Shown here one piece after another: positions 58,968 to 64,000 of a stretch of 64,000 nucleotides of DNA. The notes beneath the pieces are model-generated. The model was given only the letters and a program-made list of their open reading frames with translations. It was not told where the DNA came from and did not search any database. Position 1 is the stretch's first letter. Every line of letters begins with the position of its first letter. The stretch spans positions 12,067 to 76,066 of the forward strand of contig CAJOMC010000002.1 of NCBI GenBank assembly GCA_905235635.1. The letters are read 5' to 3'. The DNA comes from an uncultured Bacilli bacterium (GTDB taxonomy: Bacteria > Bacillota_I > Bacilli_A > Izemoplasmatales > UBA1188). Made by a program: the position numbers and the translations under genes.

Positions 58968-61028
58968 ATGCTGTTTAAGAAAAATAGAAGAGCGGTAGTA
59001 GTAAAAAGAACTCCTGATAAAGAACAATATAAAATATTAGGATTATTCAGTGATACAGTTGTCCACACAGATGACCAAGGTTTCGTATCTCCTATGTATG
59101 GTGACGATAACTATGATAATGCGTTAAATAATAGAGTTATTGATAAACCAGTCTCTCAATATGAGGCTTTTTCGGCTAGTGGAAAAATAAAGAAAGATGA
59201 AGAAAATCCTTATTTTGAATTTAGAACTGTAAATGAAAGAAATAGAAAGAGAGCTAAGGAAGAACCCGTTAAAGAAGAAATAAAAGCGGAACCTATTAAA
59301 CCACTAAGTGAAATCTTTAATGAAGATAAAGATACAGATAGCGAAGAAAATCTAGAACCAAAGAAAATAATTCACTATGAAGATAATAGTGAAGTTAAAG
59401 ATATAGATAAAGGTTTAATGGAAGATTTGTTCCATTACACTCCAACAAGCGTCACAAGAGAGTATGGTAAAAGTAATAGCGAGTCTTCTACTTCTTCTTT
59501 TGAGGAAGAGAATGATAATGAGTTTGATAGTAGTGAGAATAAAGGCACTTACCCTAAGGTTGAGTTTATAGAAAAGGATAATACTGAATTTGATTATTCA
59601 AATTATAAATATCCACCACTATCAATTCTTCATGAGCCTATTATCATGGCTACAAATAATATTGAAAATGTTAGACATAATTGTGATGTATTAAATCAAA
59701 CACTAAAAGCCTTTAAAATAGATGGACAAGTTGAAGAATATACTCAGGGTCCAACTTTCACCCGTTATGCGATAGGTCTTGCGCCTGGTGTTCAAGGATC
59801 AAAAGTTGAAAATCTTCAAAACGACTTCCAAAGATCATTAAGAGCAATCTCTCTACGTATTCAAAATCCAATACCTGGTAAGCCATTTATTGGTATTGAA
59901 GTTCCAAACGAGAAAAGACGTACCGTTAATCTTAAAGAACTACTGACCACAAGAGAATATGAAGAAAGCCATGACCCAGTATTAATACCTGTTGGATTAG
60001 ACGTTGAGGGAAGGGCAATCTATAGCTCAATCACAGACTGGCCACACTCATTAATCGCAGGTGCGACAGGTTCAGGTAAATCAATCTTTATCAATAATGT
60101 GGTTACATCTATTCTTTTTAAGGCAACCCCAGATGATGTGAGGTTCTTCTTTATTGACCCTAAACAGGTCGAACTTCAGGCATATAGTAATATTCCACAC
60201 TTACTTTGTCCTATTATCTCTGACCCTAAACAAGGTATCCCTGCCTTAAAATGGTTAGTTGATGAGATGAATAGAAGATATACTCTCTTTAGAGAATATG
60301 GCGGTATATATAAACTCAAAGATTGGAATGAGGCAAGAAAGAAAGATACCAGCATGGAAAAACTACCTGTAATAGTTTGCATTATAGATGAAGCCGCAGA
60401 CTTCCTCATGACCGCAGGTCAAGAGGCAGTAGACGCCATCACATTCCTCGTTCAAAAATCTAGGGCAGCAGGTATTCACATTACTCTTGCGATGCAAAAA
60501 CCTATCGCATCAGTATTATCAAGCGTTATTAAATCACAGGCAACCACAAGATTTGCATTTAAGGTTATCTCAAGAGCCGATTCAATGGTAATCTTAGATG
60601 AAACAGGCGCAGATGAACTATTAAATCATGGTGATATGATTTATTATTCAGATGGTATGCAATATAGATGCCAGGGTGCGTTCGTTGATAAAGAGGAAAT
60701 TGCGCAAATTGTGGATTGGGTTATAAAACATTCAGGACCACAAAAATTTGCGTTTAATCCTAAAAATTTAGAAAAGAAAGACGATAGTCAATCATCAATT
60801 AATATTGACGAGAAATTTGCGGATGTCGCAAGATATGTGGTAAAAGAAAATAGATGTTCTACAAATGCTATATGTAGACAATTCCATTTCAGTTACAATA
60901 GAGCCGATAGCATAGTTCTCACTATGGAACAATTCCATATAGTAGAATTAAACCAAGGCACAAAACCAAGAGAAGTTCTAGTTGATGAATATGAACTAGA
61001 GGAAATACTTAGAAAGTTAGGATTTTAA
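58968..61028 (+). CDS. ftsK: FtsK/SpoIIIE-family DNA translocase without N-terminal transmembrane domain (SftA-like)
   Basis: Walker A GATGSGKS, Walker B CIIDEAAD and a gamma winged-helix domain at the C-terminus. The start is placed at ATG 58968 after AGGAGG 58951-56. There is no hydrophobic helix in the first ~300 aa. Confidence 0.85.
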   Translation: MLFKKNRRAVVVKRTPDKEQYKILGLFSDTVVHTDDQGFVSPMYGDDNYDNALNNRVIDKPVSQYEAFSASGKIKKDEENPYFEFRTVNERNRKRAKEEPVKEEIKAEPIKPLSEIFNEDKDTDSEENLEPKKIIHYEDNSEVKDIDKGLMEDLFHYTPTSVTREYGKSNSESSTSSFEEENDNEFDSSENKGTYPKVEFIEKDNTEFDYSNYKYPPLSILHEPIIMATNNIENVRHNCDVLNQTLKAFKIDGQVEEYTQGPTFTRYAIGLAPGVQGSKVENLQNDFQRSLRAISLRIQNPIPGKPFIGIEVPNEKRRTVNLKELLTTREYEESHDPVLIPVGLDVEGRAIYSSITDWPHSLIAGATGSGKSIFINNVVTSILFKATPDDVRFFFIDPKQVELQAYSNIPHLLCPIISDPKQGIPALKWLVDEMNRRYTLFREYGGIYKLKDWNEARKKDTSMEKLPVIVCIIDEAADFLMTAGQEAVDAITFLVQKSRAAGIHITLAMQKPIASVLSSVIKSQATTRFAFKVISRADSMVILDETGADELLNHGDMIYYSDGMQYRCQGAFVDKEEIAQIVDWVIKHSGPQKFAFNPKNLEKKDDSQSSINIDEKFADVARYVVKENRCSTNAICRQFHFSYNRADSIVLTMEQFHIVELNQGTKPREVLVDEYELEEILRKLGF

Positions 61029-61032
61029 AAAA

Positions 61033-61839
61033 ATGGATAAAGAGGAAAAGAGTATTAAATACTATTTATTAAGAAAAATTATAGTAGCTACATTTTGGCT
61101 ACTTCTTTTCCTCTTATTTTTTGTCTTAAATATGATTAATCCTATTTGCTTCATGTATCAAATCTCTGACAGATTTAAAGGAAGTAGTACTGGTATTATT
61201 TCGCTTATTTTATTATCGCTTATATTTTCTATCTTCCTCTTCTCTCTAATATTCGCTATTATATCCCGCTCAATCAAAAAAGAAAAACTTATGGGGAAAG
61301 CCTTCAATATTTTAGATATCACCACAATCATTCCTGTTATTATGATGATATTTTTAATGGTTGATGTCTTATTCTTTTCTGTTGTTAAAGTATCAGGGCT
61401 TTCAATGAATAATACATTAATGAATGGTGATACCATCCTTGCTTATCACGCACCCGAAAATACAATAAGTAAAGAAGATATAGTTATCCTTTATACTGAA
61501 GTATATGGCGATAATATGTTAATTGTGAAAAGAGTTAAGGCAACTGAGGGTGATACCGTATCATTTAAAAACGTTGATGGGAATGCTATTCTAACGATCA
61601 ACGGAATAGAAATTAACACTGGAAGTGTATTCGGTAGAGGATATGAATTCTTTGACGATTATACTCTAAAAGAAAATGAAATATTTGTTGTAGGGGATAA
61701 TTATTATAATTCAATAGATTCAAGATATCTCGGGGTATTTAAAATTAAAGGAAGGGATAAAAATGCCACTTTCTGCGCTAAAGCGGTATATAGCATAAAA
61801 CCATTTGGTAAAATAGAGAAAGACTTGGCACATAACTAG
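61033..61839 (+). CDS. lepB: Signal peptidase I
   Basis: S26 boxes SGLSMNNTL, IVKRVKATEGD and GDNYYNSIDSRYLG. Confidence 0.85.
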   Translation: MDKEEKSIKYYLLRKIIVATFWLLLFLLFFVLNMINPICFMYQISDRFKGSSTGIISLILLSLIFSIFLFSLIFAIISRSIKKEKLMGKAFNILDITTIIPVIMMIFLMVDVLFFSVVKVSGLSMNNTLMNGDTILAYHAPENTISKEDIVILYTEVYGDNMLIVKRVKATEGDTVSFKNVDGNAILTINGIEINTGSVFGRGYEFFDDYTLKENEIFVVGDNYYNSIDSRYLGVFKIKGRDKNATFCAKAVYSIKPFGKIEKDLAHN

Positions 61840-61841
61840 TA

Positions 61842-62696
61842 ATGACTGATATATATTCAAGACCAATTCATTGGTATCCTGGTCACATGGCTAAGGCCAT
61901 GAGACAGATGAAAGAAAAACTAAATCTAATAGATGTGATAATTGAGGTTTTAGATGCAAGATGCCCTCTTTCATCAATTAATCCATCAATAAAAGAGGCT
62001 ATAAAAGAAAAACCTCTTCTTTTAGTGTTAAATAAAACTGATCTTGCGGACGATACAGTAACCAAAATGTGGGTTAAGGAATTATCTAAAACATATATGG
62101 TTGTGGTTACTGATTCGCTAAATGGGACAAAGAATATAGAATTAATATCGAGTGCCCTAGATAAATTATTAGAGGATAAAATTAAAAGTGCAAAAGAGAG
62201 GGGCATGAGTATATATCCCTTAAAGGCAATGGTTGTGGGTATACCTAACTCAGGTAAATCTACATTTATGAATAATTTAGCGAAAAGGAAGGTGCTTGAA
62301 GTAGGGAATAAGCCTGGAGTAACCAAAAACCAACAATATCTAAAGACATCTGATAAACTTCTTCTTTTAGATAATCCTGGTGTCCTATGGCCAAAGCTTG
62401 AAAATCAAACACAGGCAAAAATACTTGCCTTATCTGGTTCAATAAAAGATGAAATATTAGATATAGAATCAATAGTGAGATTTGGGCTAGATTTATTAAA
62501 AGAAAATTACCCTAATTTTCTAAAATTAAGATATAAACTTGAGTCACTTGATGGCGATCTAGTTGATCAAATCGCAAGAAAAAGAGGATGCATCTTAAGA
62601 GGCAACGAAATTGATTATCCTAAGGTATATGATATCATCTTAAGAGATATAAGATCAGGAAAGATAGGACGTATTAGTTTTGAAAGACCAAATTGA
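61842..62696 (+). CDS. rbgA: Ribosome biogenesis GTPase A (YlqF)
   Basis: Circularly permuted GTPase with LNKTDL (G4) before GIPNSGKST (G1). N-terminus IHWYPGHMAKA. Confidence 0.9.
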   Translation: MTDIYSRPIHWYPGHMAKAMRQMKEKLNLIDVIIEVLDARCPLSSINPSIKEAIKEKPLLLVLNKTDLADDTVTKMWVKELSKTYMVVVTDSLNGTKNIELISSALDKLLEDKIKSAKERGMSIYPLKAMVVGIPNSGKSTFMNNLAKRKVLEVGNKPGVTKNQQYLKTSDKLLLLDNPGVLWPKLENQTQAKILALSGSIKDEILDIESIVRFGLDLLKENYPNFLKLRYKLESLDGDLVDQIARKRGCILRGNEIDYPKVYDIILRDIRSGKIGRISFERPN

Positions 62697-63318
62697 TTTA
62701 TATAAATATGAAAATAATCTCTTAAACAAGGGATATAAATATATATCAGGGTGTGATGAGGCAGGAAGAGGACCTCTTGCGGGTCCTGTTTACTGTGCCG
62801 CCTGCATCCTAGACCCAGAATATAAAATAGAAGGCCTTAATGATTCTAAAAAGTTGACCGAGAAACAAAGAGAAAAACTATTTGGTGAAATTAAAGAACA
62901 CGCTCTCTCCTATTCCATTGTATCAATAGATAGTGAAACAATAGATAGAATCAATATCCTTGAAGCGTCAAGAAAAGGCATGGAAGATGCGGTTAAGAAT
63001 TTAACCATTAAGCCAGACTATATACTCACAGACTATATGGATTTATACCATACAGATATAGAGTACTTAAAACTTGCACATGGGGATGCGCTATCTGCAT
63101 CTATTGCGGCGGCCTCTATCCTTGCGAAGGTTTCAAGAGATAGATACATGACTAAAATTAGTAAGGAATATCCTGAATATGGGTTTGATAGTCATAAAGG
63201 TTATGGGACAAAAGCTCATATAGATGCGCTTAAAAAATATGGAGCGTCACCGCTCCATAGAAAATCGTTTAAGCCAGTGAAAGAAGTCCTAGAGGAACAA
63301 CTTACTTTCGATTTTTAG
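62680..63318 (+). CDS. rnhB: Ribonuclease HII
   Basis: GCDEAGRGPLAGPV, DSKKL and HKGYGT motifs. Confidence 0.92.
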   Translation: MKDQIDLYKYENNLLNKGYKYISGCDEAGRGPLAGPVYCAACILDPEYKIEGLNDSKKLTEKQREKLFGEIKEHALSYSIVSIDSETIDRINILEASRKGMEDAVKNLTIKPDYILTDYMDLYHTDIEYLKLAHGDALSASIAAASILAKVSRDRYMTKISKEYPEYGFDSHKGYGTKAHIDALKKYGASPLHRKSFKPVKEVLEEQLTFDF

Positions 63319-64000
63319 ATAAGAATAATTTTAAACCCTTAAAGAATTTGCCATTTAGAAGGACTAAAAATCCTTCTAATTTTCTTTCTGTAAAACCGCC
63401 AAATTTAGCGATTGCCCTTACTGGGAAGCCTTCACCTTCTCTTAAGAAATGTCTGATATAGAAGCTCATAAGTCTTCCGATTAATGATCTTGAATATCTA
63501 AGTTCAGATAGAGTGGTATTAAGTGTTACTTCTATTCTATTCTTCTTAATAAAGTTAAGACCCTGAGCCGGCTTGATATCTATAAACTTATAGAATTCTT
63601 CATCAGATAAATCATATGTGTCATCTAGTCTTTTATCTAATTTAACGCCTTCAATATTAACTTTATCTTTTAATCTAATATCATTTAGGGAAGCACCTAT
63701 TTGAATTTCATATTCTCCATCTTCAATTTGGAACTTATCAGATAAAGAATCATATACTCTAAATGTATATTCATCAAATAGTATTTCTACTTCTTTTTCT
63801 TCACCTGGAGGTAGATTTACTTTTACAAAACCTTTAAGTTCTCTTTTAGGTCTTGAAACACTTGATTCTTTTTTAGAGATATATAATTCCGCAATCTCTT
63901 GTGCTTCTTTTAAACCAGTATTTTTAATAGTGAAAGATGCCTTGTCTTTTGAAAGTTTTAAATCCTTATATTCAAAACTAGAATATGATAAACCATATCC
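63302..64000 (-). CDS. Glycoside hydrolase family 3 (beta-glucosidase-like), C-terminal 232 codons; N-terminus beyond window end
   Basis: Own minus-strand translation from 64000: GYGLSYSSFEYKDL...RELKGFVKVNLPPGEEKEV..., which matches the GH3 C-terminal / FnIII-like domain signature. The stop TAA (plus TTA, 63302-63304) overlaps the rnhB 3' end by 17 nt. Confidence 0.7.
   Translation of the reverse strand, partial: GYGLSYSSFEYKDLKLSKDKASFTIKNTGLKEAQEIAELYISKKESSVSRPKRELKGFVKVNLPPGEEKEVEILFDEYTFRVYDSLSDKFQIEDGEYEIQIGASLNDIRLKDKVNIEGVKLDKRLDDTYDLSDEEFYKFIDIKPAQGLNFIKKNRIEVTLNTTLSELRYSRSLIGRLMSFYIRHFLREGEGFPVRAIAKFGGFTERKLEGFLVLLNGKFFKGLKLFLSKNRK

Noticed and set aside
63302-63318. 17-nt convergent overlap of the rnhB and GH3 gene ends as a regulatory feature
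   Set aside because: Short 3'-3' overlaps are common in compact genomes, and nothing else supports a function.

Overview
This is a low-GC chromosomal segment (roughly 30% by eye). It uses genetic code 11: TGA is a stop, for example at the tsaD end, where TGA overlaps the next ATG as ATGA. Gene content and synteny look like Bacillota or a Mollicutes-like lineage: tsaE-tsaB-rimI-tsaD, tsaC-rpiB-upp-atp operon, rbgA-rnhB.

Most of the window is housekeeping:
- Replication, repair and translation: ligA (partial), pcrA, glnS, the t6A genes, two tRNAs (Gly-CCC, Pro-CGG).
- Energy and salvage: a complete F1Fo ATP synthase operon, upp, rpiB.
- Cell division and ribosome biogenesis: an FtsK/SftA-like translocase, lepB, rbgA, rnhB.
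- Cofactor and arginine metabolism: a TPP riboswitch with thiT, and an arginine deiminase cluster (arcA-arcB-arcC) with a SpeA-like decarboxylase.
- Edge gene: a partial GH3 glycosidase.

The most interesting candidates:
1. An anaerobic ribonucleotide reductase module. NrdD carries a C-terminally fused CxxC redoxin domain. It is followed immediately by a thioredoxin-reductase-like flavoprotein that has lost both NADPH-binding motifs, with nrdG convergent.
2. A poorly explained accessory stretch at about 38.8-44.5 kb. It holds a secreted protein with a clan-CD-like His/Cys arrangement and no canonical start codon, plus two orphan genes. It also holds a 106-nt GC-enriched imperfect hairpin, an SD-occluding hairpin before a 26-codon ORF, direct-repeat operators, and a (TA)n tract abutting the RBS of a WYL-like regulator.
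3. Two tandem giant, highly diverged PrsA/parvulin-like surface proteins.
4. An adenylation-carrier didomain protein with a degenerate P-loop.
5. An ATP synthase c subunit carrying the full Na+-binding signature.
6. A single-T homopolymer frameshift in an M32 carboxypeptidase.

No CRISPR array, transposase, integrase or rRNA was seen.
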